A stretch of 49,258 nucleotides of DNA from Chromera velia (Eukaryota). The notes beneath the pieces are model-generated. The model searched no databases, was not told the origin of the DNA, and saw only the letters and a program-made list of their open reading frames with translations. The stretch is from NCBI GenBank assembly GCA_018398765.1, contig JAHBMJ010000365.1, positions 1 through 49,258 on the forward strand, read 5' to 3'. The translations under genes were made by a program, and so were the position numbers. Within the stretch, counting starts at the first letter, position 1, and each line of letters opens with the position of its first letter. Shown here piece by piece: positions 25,701 through 49,103 of this stretch.

Positions 25701-26777
25701 TCACTTCTTTCCGGGGAGACACATTTTTCTGCACTTTCGCAGTGTAATGAGTGAAAAATCGAGTAAAACATCAGTGGCGATCGATGATCAGGGTTGAAGA
25801 ATTTTTTCCGATGAGAGCACAAAGAAAGCAAGCAGACTCAGAAAAAAAGAAGGAAGAAGAGGAAGAAACCCAGTCGGTCCGTTCTGAACGTCACACAAAT
25901 TTGAGGGAGAGAGCCAACCACGTCCGAATTGACAAAGGAGAATGGAAATTTCAAACTTTCATCAAAGTCGTCATTACCTGATGCACTCTTGGTCTTCGAA
26001 AGAAATCCAGCACCTCTCTGTGTGTTCTCTCTCCCACCCCGCCCCCCTCTCTGTGTGTGCGTGTGTGTGTCTGTGTCTCCGTGTGTATGGTTTGGACAGG
26101 TGACGTGTTCATGCGCCACTACTACACGCTTTTTCGACGAGAGATCCCGGGGGAGAGACCTCCGCAGGTTCGTCCTTTCAAATCGAATACGCAGTATCGC
26201 GGTTGTTGCCAAGGAAAGAAACACACAGATTGAGAAATAAAAAAACGGACAGAAGTGTCTATAGAGATAGTTTGATCGATGAACGAACACAAAGGGAAGA
26301 AAGAGGGGGGTTGACAGTACGATATAGACAAAAGGCCAGTTTCGTTGCGCTTTTCGGAATGAATCTGTCCTGGGCTCATCAAAGCTCTGAGACGACAGTG
26401 AGTGCGCATGGCTGATTCTCTGAGACTATCTCGCCTTCTCCATTCCTTTGAGTGCATGTGCGCAGATTGGAATCGCCCAAGCGAAACTTCGCGTCAATGT
26501 GGCCGACGCTGCGGTGTTTGCCCAAAGGAGTCAGATTCCGAGACTGGACAACGAGATCTCCTCGACTTTCCCGGAACTCTCAAATCACCATCTGTCCAAC
26601 TCTCCGCCCAGTCCTGCGCGATCGCTCACAGAGCTCTCTCAACAGACACAGCAGCTGCAGGAGAATGGAGGAGAACCGTCGGACGCTTTTAGAGCGGGAG
26701 GAACTCCCCTGCTGGGGCAACCCACGCGTAACGCGGCCATCCGTGCCCGGGACCAGCCTCCTCCTACTTCATGGTAG
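19358..26777 (+). CDS. Pepsin-family (A1) aspartyl protease, plasmepsin IX/X / Toxoplasma ASP3-like; 17 exons
   Basis: Exons 19358-19489, 19607-19824, 20239-20392, 20916-21007, 21362-21436, 21664-21721, 22051-22102, 22633-22706, 23035-23089, 23299-23422, 23857-23991, 24325-24383, 24693-24805, 25151-25216, 25591-25681, 26100-26167 and 26466-26777. Signal peptide MRVFGFLSAATAGGLFCFSEA. Two catalytic motifs VIFDTGSTNVWV and VIFDTGTSFN, flap ISFGTGKI, plus FEGILGLAF, EFSFYFS, IFFGGVDPR, HYWQV and FILGDVFMRHYYTLF. Subfamily assignment is by recalled motif resemblance. Confidence 0.93.
20534..20701. other. Assembly gap (N run) in protease intron 3
   Basis: N run between poly-C and (CT)n. Other gaps are at 36451-36676 and 38008-38021. 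Confidence 0.99.
25217..25377. repeat. (CAGT)n/(CAGG)n microsatellite starting exactly at a splice donor
   Basis: gtcagtcagtcagtcaggcaggca... follows protease exon 14 directly. Confidence 0.93.
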
Positions 26778-27049
26778 CAAGTTGCCTCATCGAAGCGCGT
26801 GCAGCCTCAATGATGGTTCATTCTTGTGTAGTGCTTGTGGAGGAGAGTGCCGGAGAGAAGCGAAGCCCTTCTGCCTTTCTCTTTCCTTGAAGTATACAGT
26901 CATTGCAGACAGAAACGGAGAGAGGGTTTCTCATTGGGTCGAGGGAGGAGAAAGGTCTTCACCAGAGGGGTTGCAGAGAGGTACATGCAGCACGCATGTG
27001 CACTTGTCAGGATGGAGGCTCTTCAACAGGGATGTTTTCGGGTAATACA

Positions 27050-27672
27050 TTCTGCTCAGTTAAATCGCAACAAAACAGTTCATTTATGTTTGTTTTTTCT
27101 ATAAAAAATATTTATTTTTTTGGTAGTACTTCAATATACCCTATATCATTAAATTTAGTCTTATACTAGAGCTAGTTATAGAGCTATAAACACTGTCAGT
27201 TTGAACGTCTATGCAACTCTTTATAGTTTATAAGAAATCGATCTGCAAAGTTTGATAAAAATTAGTAATTTGTTTAATATGATTCGTTTGCGGAACAGGC
27301 TAGACCTGTGCGAGACGGCCAAGAAAGTTTGATGCGTCTAGGCGCTTTTCCTGGAAGCCGCATGTCTATAGCCGCATGCACGTGAGACATTCGGCATATT
27401 AGGGCGGGAGACCAATCCTCAAGACACTAGTCCAGACATTAATCCCGCTTTCCTAAATTAAATTTCTGATTAATCCTAATCCTAATTTAACTTTCCAAAT
27501 CACTTAATTTAGTTTACTATTCTAAATTACTTTAAATTACTCTAAATTGGTTTAAATTACTAAGCTAAAGTACTCTAAATTACTTTAAAATTAAAAATTG
27601 CTCATCTAAATTACTACTCAAATTTCTAGTCAAATTTGCAAGGTAGCCTGTTTGGTGGCCTTCAATTCTATA
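27050..27672. other. AT/TpA-rich intergenic island between convergent genes
   Basis: AT-rich segment between the protease and RING 3' ends. Contains a degenerate 10-bp tandem repeat. Confidence 0.7.
27494..27640. repeat. Degenerate 10-bp tandem repeat, consensus TCTAAATTAC
   Basis: Units: tccaaatcac (27494), tctaaattac (27521, 27574, 27605), tttaaattac (27531, 27551), tctaaattgg (27541). Confidence 0.8.
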
Positions 27673-28686
27673 TCACTGCAGAGACGCAGGTATGGCCCCG
27701 AGAGTCTGTCCCTGACCCAGAGTCTGCCGACTGTCCCTGACAGTGTCCCCCCACTTCATGGGCAATCCAAACATCTCACATACTCTAGTCGCCTCTGACA
27801 GTGGGACCATCACAGTCCCGTTAGGAAAGTGCGGGTGATTGTCCATCATCACGGCGGGATCGTCGTCCTGCGAGAAGAGGCATCGCTGACAGCGACCGCT
27901 GATCACCCACTCACGGAGGCGAGAGAAGATTTCGTCCTCCCCCCTAACCAGACGAACAAAATTGTATCCCTTGCCCGGAAAGGCTTTGCGACAAGTGGGA
28001 CAACAGTTCTCCCTTTTCAACCACTCAGTAGCGCAACTCTGGTGAAAGACGTGCGAGCAGGGGAGGGCGAATGCCGTTGAGTCCGGTAGGGTCACTTCGA
28101 GGCAAATGGCGCATGTACTGAAGTCCCCAACCAGACCTTCTGCAAGCCTCCGGAAATCCACCTTTCCGTCACCCGCACAAGCAGGTTTGGAAAGATCCAG
28201 AACCCGCATGTGGTCTGACATCTCCGCTTCTGGGACAAGGTTCTCCATGCATGAGAAGATGGGGATCTCGGCGTCCGGATCTGCGTATGCAGAAACCGCA
28301 CGATCTAGAAGGGCGAACCTTGCCATCATGTCTTTTCGCTCTTTCCAATCGCGCTCTTTTTCAAAACTCTTCTGCACCCGTTGCAGCACACTGAGAACCT
28401 TCTCACGATCCAGTAGAGTGCCCGAGAAGCGGACTGGCTTGACCATTGATATGTTGCTGCTGCGGACGCTCACCTTCTCCCCCACACACCCACCCTCCAA
28501 CAACTCCACCTTCATCCGCAAGTCATCAATCCCAATCACCCTAGACTTGCAGCCATTCATCCTCTTCCCTTTCTCTGACGAGAGGCCGTTCAGCCAGCAT
28601 TCCTGCCCAATCATTCCCTGGTGCATCTGACGAAGGATGGCTGAGAACCCATCCACCCCCAGATCGGCAAGTGTCACTCCACTCAT
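27673..28686 (-). CDS. Intronless RING-H2 zinc-finger protein (putative E3 ubiquitin ligase), 337 aa
   Basis: Single uninterrupted ORF from ATG to stop. C3H2C3 RING: CAIC...LPCSHVFHQSC..W....CCPTCR. N-terminal beta-rich segment GQECWLNGL...MNGCKSRV...KVSVRSSNI. Confidence 0.88.
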   Translation of the reverse strand: MSGVTLADLGVDGFSAILRQMHQGMIGQECWLNGLSSEKGKRMNGCKSRVIGIDDLRMKVELLEGGCVGEKVSVRSSNISMVKPVRFSGTLLDREKVLSVLQRVQKSFEKERDWKERKDMMARFALLDRAVSAYADPDAEIPIFSCMENLVPEAEMSDHMRVLDLSKPACAGDGKVDFRRLAEGLVGDFSTCAICLEVTLPDSTAFALPCSHVFHQSCATEWLKRENCCPTCRKAFPGKGYNFVRLVRGEDEIFSRLREWVISGRCQRCLFSQDDDPAVMMDNHPHFPNGTVMVPLSEATRVCEMFGLPMKWGDTVRDSRQTLGQGQTLGAIPASLQ

Positions 28687-29374
28687 AACTGCAATTAAGG
28701 AAGCACGATCGACGACTTAACGGAAAGGAGACGGACCGCAACGCAACAGTGCACGTTGCCCCTCAAGTTCAACGCGATGTTTCTTAGTGCCTCTGTACTA
28801 CTAAGCTGTCAAGCTGTCAAGATTGGGCATTCTTTCTGTCTTCAGAGCCAATCCGTCATGCAGGTAAACTATAGGTAAACTATCAGTTCGCAAAGCATGA
28901 TCATGTTCCCAAAGCATCCAATTGCATGGTGCATGGCTTAAATGGCTCGGAAGGGCTCGGAATTTCGCGAGCCATTCCGAGATCCGAGTTTTCCATTCAT
29001 GCAGATCCATGCAGCCCGCGCGCGCTATTCCGAGCTATCCGATGGCATGAAAAAAATGATGAAATCTTGGATTTCAGTGAGCAGCTCATTCTGGCACCGA
29101 TCTCTCGAGCATCGCCGAGCTGACGTTTTCTTGTTCACACTCTGTACAAACGGGAGGACCTTCAAGAAGGACAATGGTGGTGGCGATCTGAGGCTGTGTG
29201 AATCATCGAACAATCAGGCTTGAAAACGAAAGGGATCAATCAGACACCCTCTAGCTGTCTTCACACAGGTAGCGTCAGACGTTCATTCTGTAAACTTGTG
29301 TGGAGGAGTGGTAACCGTGTTTTCAGTTTGGAGGGGGCACAGCTTCCTTCTCCAAGGGAACAGATCCGCTAGGG
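28687..29374. promoter_or_regulatory. Putative bidirectional promoter, RING protein / XPB
   Basis: 688 nt between divergent ATGs. Contains tttcgcga (about 28963) and cccgcgcgcgc (about 29015-29025). Confidence 0.55.
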
Positions 29375-41559
<12,185 letters not shown>

Positions 41560-42279
41560 AGAAAGATCGAGCAGTCAGATTCTCATCATATGGAGCACGG
41601 GAGCTGGGACGGCAGGGAAGTGGGGTGAAAAGAAGGGAAGGAAGAGAGAAGCAATGGGTCAATTTCGTCACTCTGCCTGTCGCTCTCTGTGGATTCATCG
41701 TCAACCGACACGGTAATTCTGAGAGAGGCGAATTTGAATAACGGGGGGCGGGGGGGGGTCAAACCGGGGGGCTGGACTTTTTTCTCTTCTCTTCTCGGCT
41801 GCTCGAGTGAATACGGTAGCCATTTCAAGCGTTGGCTGGAAATTTCTGTCTGCCGTCATCATTGGGAGCAGCGACAACTGAAACCTTGACAGCCTTTACC
41901 GGGTGAATTAGAATGACCTCTGGAGGAGAAAAATGGATCAGAAAGAAAGAGTAAAATCCGTAGAACGGGTTGCCTCGAAGAGTGTACCCATGCCACGCAT
42001 TTTCATGGCGCCAGTCTCTTCCCTGCTTGTGTGTTCGAATCAGTGTGTTTGCACGACAGACATGAACTCAACCCCCCCCCACCTCTTAAACAATCTTCTT
42101 TGTTTGTTCTAGCCTGAACTCGGCTTTGATCGAGGGAGGCGCTCCTTTCTGTATTTTCTGGCGTGACTGAAGCGCCCAAACATAGAATCACAGATGCAAA
42201 CAGACAGCCGCACATAATGCCGCACATGTCATACGACCTTGACTTCTCAAAAGCTGTGCGAAAACTTTGCTTTGACATT

Positions 42280-43500
42280 AATTGGCTACTAAGTTCATTG
42301 TGCAGTGGCCACCTAGTTGGTCATGCATGAAAATTGGATATCATCATCATCATCATACGCCATCGTGGCATCGCCATCGGCTAGGCCATCGGCCAATAAT
42401 AGGCGTCTAGCGTTCGGTAAGTCACGACATCCAAAGCAGATTGTTACAACAATAATCTACAATATCAGGCGTAAATCGTGTGATCTGTAAAGTTATTTTA
42501 TAAAGTAGAGTGTGAATGTAAACTTTAAATTTTAAAACTTTTAGTATACTTTAGAACTGAGAAATTTTAAGTTTTAACTTAATGTAGCCGAATGCTTAGG
42601 TCAGACTTAGCAGGCTCAGATTGGCTAAGTCACCTCCCTGACACTACTGGCCACTTGAAAGCAGAAAGTTCAAGTTCGTCCGCATTTACGGCACGGTTAA
42701 TCAAGTTTATCCACGCCTGCGGCGCAGCCGACCTAAGCCAATCAAGTTATCTGCGCAAGCGGCTAGCGACCGCTAGTGATGTAGCCATATGGCACCACAG
42801 CCTAGGCCGCAGCCCATCATGGCCTATCGATCGCAGCCCATACAGACTGATCAAAGGATTCTGAAGTAAAAGAAAGGCATCCACCTAGCAATGATTTCAT
42901 TATAAGACAAAAATTTGTATAACATAGTATAACTAAGTACAACATAGTTATAAACTTTCACAGAGTCATAGTAACACAGACTTTCAAGATATACTCCACG
43001 CTTGCAACACAGACTTTCAAGACAAAGTCTGCGTCAGCGGCACAGACTTTCAAAACATAGTCCGTACCTGCGACGTGGACTTTCAAGTCTATCCGCCAGA
43101 GCAAAAAAATTTTTAAGTGGCTTATAGTGTCAGGGAGGTTGGCTGGGTTTGAAACATTCCATTTTTTTACTTTTCTGATATGCAAGCACATTAGTCTATC
43201 TTTTAGTGAGACAGTGATTGTTTGAGCCTATACTGCAGCAGCGTGTAGCTGACCTTCATGTCGTCTTTTTGGTAAGACCTTGAGGGAAAAGACTTGACAA
43301 ACTTGGCGGCTAGGGAATGGACATCAAGTCCCATACATTTTTTTTTTTTTGAACATCAAGAGCCCTGCTATGATATGTCATGTAAAAACAAAGTAGAAGA
43401 AACACTCATATACAGATTATTGTGTAACTTGTTACAACTTGTAACGCAATATGACTTATATAAACTTAAAATATATGTTTGAAAGAAGTAAAGGATTTAA
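42280..43500. other. AT/TpA-rich intergenic island between XPB and the channel gene
   Basis: TA-rich patches at about 42480-42600, 42890-42960 and 43380-43500, interspersed with short degenerate repeats. Confidence 0.6.
42975..43087. repeat. 33-bp-period tandem repeat with conserved core CACAGACTTTCAA
   Basis: Cores start at 42975, 43008, 43041 and 43074 (the last is cgtggactttcaag), with exact 33-nt spacing. Confidence 0.85.
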
Positions 43501-44009
43501 CGAGAATTCGTCGAGAAACGAAAACTGCTGTCGATCAGAGAAAGTCCGAATAGACAAGAGCCAGACATGCAGCAGCAAACAAAACACAGCTAGAACAGAG
43601 ATAATGACCGGAATCGCCTGTTGAATCTAGTTGAATCCGACGTATGTGGCACATGCATTGGTGTTGCTGTGTTGCTTTAATTGTCATGTATATTCTTCTT
43701 ATGGCCTCTCCGGGCGTGTCATGATGTGTCATGTATATGCACGCAGGACCTCGCAAATAAACCTGACCGATACGTGCCTGCATGCATGCATGCAGTACGT
43801 ATATTACATGCATGGTACATTGATCGATGTTCATTGTGTCAGTCTGTCAGATCAGTGCATTGCCGCGGAGGCACCAGCACTGACGCAGCAGAGACTACTC
43901 AAGCTCGCGGAATTTTGCAAAGAAATAAACATCGGTCTGGGGAAGGCTCAACACGTCTTCGGCTTTTTCGCCAGTTGCGATCCTCCTTCTTGCGTCCCAA
44001 AAAGGCGAG

Positions 44010-44472
44010 ATGACAATCACTCACATGGCGCACCACCCGAAGCGTGCAAACCCTTCCGTGAAGGCTGTTCACGCACTTCCGGCTCCAGTCAAACAGACAG
44101 GACCTGCAGGGGATGTCGACAAAGTCATGTCACAACACAGCGGAAGGAAAGGGAGTTTGCTCGCCCACCAAAAATCAACCTTCAAGTGAGTCAGAAAATC
44201 TTGACACAGTATCTGCACACACGGCATGTATCAAGCTACTTCTCATTATGACTGTATCCTTAGTGAATCATACGCATTTCCACATCTACTGTCAATACCC
44301 AGCCATACGTAAGGTTCCTGCAGAAAGAGCAGCTGCCAACGCAATCGCATATATATCCCGCATGCTATTTATAAACTCCATCACGCCACAATTTGTGTGT
44401 GTTCACATACGCGTAGGTGCGTGTCTGAGTGGAGGCGTGTGTGAGTGGAGGCGTGGGTGCGTGCTTGTGTGC

Positions 44473-44513
<41 letters not shown>

Positions 44514-44569
44514 TGTGTGTATGTGTGTGTGTGTGTGTGTGTGCATGTGTGTGTGCATGTGTGTGTGCA

Positions 44570-44601
<32 letters not shown>

Positions 44602-45503
44602 ACTGTTCGTGTTCAGCAAAGGCCCGACACGTTGACGCATGCTTTGGAAAGAAAGACAAAGCCCCTGGAGTATCCTCCAAGTCCGTTCATGACAGTCAGT
44701 TCTTTTGATTTTGATCAGCAGTAGCAGCAGTACGTTGAATGCACCGAATCACTGAGCTCACTTTTAAAAATCATGGATGCCTGAATGTACGTACACGATA
44801 CATGTAGGGGTGTGCACCAGCTCCTCTCGGAGGCGCCTGAAGACCACAGGTCGACGAGAGAGAAGAGGCGAATGAAGAGAATGCAGGAGTGTGAGGAACA
44901 TGGAGATAGAGTCCGATATTGGTTGGCCCTCGTGCTTTACCACGACTTATATGAATGGATTCTCTCGTTCGTCTGTCTCCTCAACGCCGTCTTCATCGGA
45001 CTGGAGGTCGACTTTGATTCTCCGTGGTACGAGATTGATAACGGTTTCATCCCGCTCTTCCTGCTGGTCAGTCAGCGAGGAAAACATCAAGTCAAGCATG
45101 CTTGCGCGCTCTCTCTGTGTGAAACGAGTACAAATTTACTTTGAAGTCAAATTTTTATTTCACGTAAGCCGGTCTACTTGCTTATGAGGTGGAATTGAGC
45201 AGGGACACAGAGACGACAGAACAAGAGGCGGGGGAGAGGGGGGCAACCACGGGAGCGAAGTCAGTGCACCAGAGCGAGACAAGGGTAAGATCACAAAGAG
45301 GGATGAAGAGGAGGACAGAAAGTGGGGAAGAACCAACTGAGGTGTCTTTGGGGGTTCGGATGGGTGCAGGGAGGCAGGGTTCTCTGTGTCTTCTTCGGCA
45401 TGTGAGTATGCTCCTGTTGCTGTACGTGACAGAACATATGTGTGTTCGGAAGTGTAGCCAGATTTATGTGGCCTCTCTGTTTTTGTGTGTGTCACTGGTT
45501 AGA

Positions 45504-45540
<37 letters not shown>

Positions 45541-46573
45541 GACTGTGAGTGGCTGCGCCTGCAGGAATTTGTTGCGAAGGTATACCTGGACCCATGCGCT
45601 TACTGGAGAGATCACTGGAACGTTTTCGACTTTCTCGTGCTGTTCCTTTCCGTCGTTGATTACGGAATGGAATTTGGCAGGGTTGGTGACAATGACAGTG
45701 AAGTTGCGCTTACATTCCGTGCCTTGCGAGTTCTTCGTGTGCTTCGAGTGTTCAGATTGGCGAGAGTAAATTACGATCTGGAACTTTTGACATGGGGAAT
45801 TTTCCATGCCTTCAAAGCGCTTCTCTGGGTGGGCTTCCTGTTCAGCGTCTCGATTTACACGATCTCAGTGCTGGTGACGATCCTCTACGAAAACGATAGG
45901 TCGGCCTCCCAGCAAGAGAAGGAAGAGAGGGGAATTCATTCGTAAAAGGCCGGTCGGTGATTGATCAGCTGTTAGCCGTGTCAGTTTGTTGTGGGATGCT
46001 GAGAGACGGTCGGTTGCCTGTACGGGTAATACTTTGATTTGTGAGGCATGCGTGCCAAATAAGTCGTTTGGTACGAGACAGAATTGGTACGCACAGCACT
46101 AGTGATGAAGGGCCCCAGCTATTCCTGCAGGTTGAGGTTGGTGCAAGGAATGAGGATGCTCTGGGGACGAATCTCTTCACAAACGATCCACACCTGCTTT
46201 CAAACCTGCATGCGTGGCTGTACACGAGATTTGGTTTATTAGATTTCGTTTGCATATTCCATCCTGCAGGGGCGACCCGTTGATTGACGAGTTCTTCGGA
46301 TCGGTGAGGAAGAGCATGCTGACGATGTTCCAAATCATCACTCTGGAGTCCTGGACCAATGGAATCGTGCGGCCTGCAGAAACTGTCCGTGGGTGCATGC
46401 GTGTCTTGGTCAGACCTCGTTTGAGCGACTGCAGATGCCCTGTTGACCGATTTTAATGCATGAAACGAGGGGTTTGGCGAACAAAGGTAGGGTCAGCTGC
46501 ACTCAGCGTTTGGTTTTTCACGAAGAGCCGAATGTAACAGAAGGCAGGAGAGAGCCGGTCGCGCGCGCAGATT

Positions 46574-46636
<63 letters not shown>

Positions 46637-46640
46637 CCTN

Positions 46641-46678
<38 letters not shown>

Positions 46679-46740
46679 CTTCCTCTCTCTCTCTCTCCCT
46701 TTCTCTCTAAACTCTCTCGCTCTCTCTCTCTCTCTCTAAA

Positions 46741-46808
<68 letters not shown>

Positions 46809-46825
46809 GTCTCTTTCTCTCTCTT

Positions 46826-46857
<32 letters not shown>

Positions 46858-48456
46858 TCTTGCCCTGTGACCAGTGCCGACTCTGCGCCTCCTCTCGTCA
46901 CTGCCCACAGTCCAGAAAACAGTTTTTTGTTCGGACTTCTAGTCCCCCCTGTCGTTCGGTGTGTATTCGGTTTCGGCTTGCAGAGTCCACTTTTGTTTTG
47001 TCATTGCAGGGGTCTTGTGATGGATCCACAGGTGTACGCATGGATGCATGCATGCAGGTGTCCCCAGGCAAGACCTACCTCTTTATCTTTTGGGTCTGTT
47101 TTGCGACATTTGGCCTTTTAAACGTCTTGACCGCAATTTTTGTGGAACACACGATCGTAACAGCACAAGCGGATGAACAAGCAAGAAAGACGCAAATTCT
47201 TCAGGAGAGAAAGAGAGAGGCGCAAATGATTCTCTCCTTGATGGAAGAGGCAGACGAGAACAAGGATGGGAATCTGTCGAAAGCTGAACTTCTGAATATG
47301 CTGGAAAATCCAGATTTCGTCATGAAGCTTCTCAATTTAGAAATTTCACCTGAAGACGCAGAAGCGCTTTTCTCTCTCCTCGATGTCACAGGACGGGGTT
47401 TCGTTTTGCGGAATGAGTGAGTCAGCAGATTCCTTATTAATTGATTTTGTTTTTCAAATTTTCCTGCGAACGTCTCTTTCACATATTCCTTCCTTCACCT
47501 ATTGCGGCCCCCTTCGGTCCCTCAAATTTCTTGTCTTATACGCTTTCCCTCCGTGTCCTCCAACAGACCAAGTGAGTTAACTGCATTAACCCGTCGCTCC
47601 TGAATAAAGGGGAATAATCTCTGTATTTTTCCGCGTTTCATCATACACAGCTTCCGAACTCATGAATAACGTACGCCTCTTTCGGCAAGCTGTTGCGTCC
47701 GGCACCAGTTTACGTGGAATTCCCTGAAGGTGCGCTCTATGACTTCTCTTCTATTAACTGAGCGACGCTATATGCTTGCTCGCGTGCCTAACTACCTGTC
47801 GGCCTGCTTGCCTTCTATCCTCAATTTGTCCAGGTGGATGGAGGGATGTCTACGACTGAAGGGATCCGCCCAGGCAATGGACGTGGTCCGTGTGGAGAAA
47901 ATGCAACAGAAACTGGAAAGACAGGTAAGTACGTAGGTATTTGCACTTCAGGGTGAAGTACAATCGACAGCTTTTCCTTACAGTTTTTACGCATGTGGGG
48001 TACGCATGCAGTTCATGCAATGCAGCTAATGTGAATGACAGAGTCAGTCAACACCGCGTGCGACACATTTTTTGTGTACGTGCTTCACCAATGAAGAACC
48101 CCGCTGAGCTGTTCAAGAGGCCAAACGGCTTTGGCAAAAACGCAGCCACAGGTAGGTACACTGTGCAGATGAGGTGCACGAACTCGATCAATATGCAGGT
48201 GCGCATTTCCCTGAAGACCCAACAGGCGGTTTTCAAGCACATACGGAAACTTGGGGATGGGATCGAGCGCATCCCCGAGAAGCTGGGCTTGCCGAAGGAA
48301 CCTGATGGTATGGGATTGCAGACTGCCGGTGTGAGTGCGAGTGCCACAGACGGGCCTCATCAGGTAGAGGGGGACTCTGATCTGGGGACGGATGAAATTT
48401 TGAAAGATGTGGAGGGGATCCTCGAGGGAATGGATACCCCTTTGAAGGAGGAATGA
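44010..48456 (+). CDS. Single-domain (6TM) voltage-gated Na+/Ca2+ channel with C-terminal EF-hands; 7 exons
   Basis: Exons 44010-44185, 44808-45066, 45565-45899, 46270-46384, 47058-47416, 47834-47924 and 48199-48456. S1 LLNAVFIGLEVD, S3 WNVFDFLV, S4 FRALRVLRVLRVFRLAR, pore FQIITLESWTNGIVRP, S6 FGLLNVLTAIFVE, EF-hand DENKDGNLSKAE, a degenerate second loop DVTGRGFVLRNE, then GCLRLKG. First exon is less certain. Confidence 0.9.
44470..44600. repeat. (TG)n microsatellite in channel intron 1
   Basis: Seen directly. Confidence 0.95.
46577..46860. repeat. (CT)n microsatellite in channel intron 4
   Basis: Seen directly. Confidence 0.95.
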
Positions 48457-48459
48457 AGA

Positions 48460-48710
48460 GTAAATCATAGTACTGTTCAATCATCAGTGGGTTAACTCAC
48501 TAATGATTAGTGACTGATTAAGGTAAAACAATAATCATTAGTAGGTCATTAAATAATTTTGATAATGATTACTGACATACTTTTAGAGAAACGCATAATG
48601 ATTATGAGAAGTACCTAATCAGAACAATCATTATCCGTCTATAAGAAATATCTAATTAGAATAATCATTATTCACAACATGTTTTTTATGAATATGTATC
48701 AATCTATAGC
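48460..48710. repeat. AT-rich island with an array of TAAT(C/G)ATTA pseudo-palindromes and a 37-bp-period duplication
   Basis: cactaatgattagtg, ataatcatta, ataatgatta, cataatgattatg and aataatcattatt. 48604-48637 aligns without gaps to 48641-48674. Confidence 0.8.
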
Positions 48711-48844
48711 CATGCAACTTCTTTCGTCTCTCTCGCAGTACACGACACTTAGGAGACGGTATGAGACGACACTCAGGCTCGGCGGAGTCCTCCCATCGGT
48801 ATGAGTAAGTTTCTAGAAACGCAGAGAAGGAGAGGGAGCGTAGA

Positions 48845-48955
48845 GGAAGCGGAAGCGGAAGCGGGAGAGGGACAGGGAGAGGGAGCTAGAGGGACAGGGA
48901 GAGGGAGCTAGAGGGACAGAGAGAGGAAGAATTTAAAAAAGAGGGAGAGAAAGAA

Positions 48956-48986
<31 letters not shown>

Positions 48987-49060
48987 GAAAGAGAGGGAGG
49001 GAGAGGGAAGGAGGAAGGCTTGGGAGGAAGGGAGAAAGAGAGGGAGAAAAAGAGAGAGAA

Positions 49061-49103
<43 letters not shown>

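Noticed and set aside
27450..27500. Possible interstitial telomeric repeat (cctaaa/cctaat)
   Set aside because: No run of CCCTAAA or CCCTAA units. Better explained by the local 10-bp AT-rich repeat.
42975..43087. CRISPR-like repeat-spacer layout
   Set aside because: The constant part is only 13-14 nt, the spacers are homologous to each other, there are no cas genes, and the context is eukaryotic. Kept as a tandem repeat.
43631..44251. 206-aa plus-strand ORF upstream of the channel
   Set aside because: No family motifs, it overlaps promoter-like motifs, and a different frame (ATG 44010) splices in frame to the channel.
48739..48810. Exon-like segment flanked by cag and gtaagt downstream of the channel
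   Set aside because: No recognisable protein motif and no upstream exon to join. The channel already has a stop at 48456.
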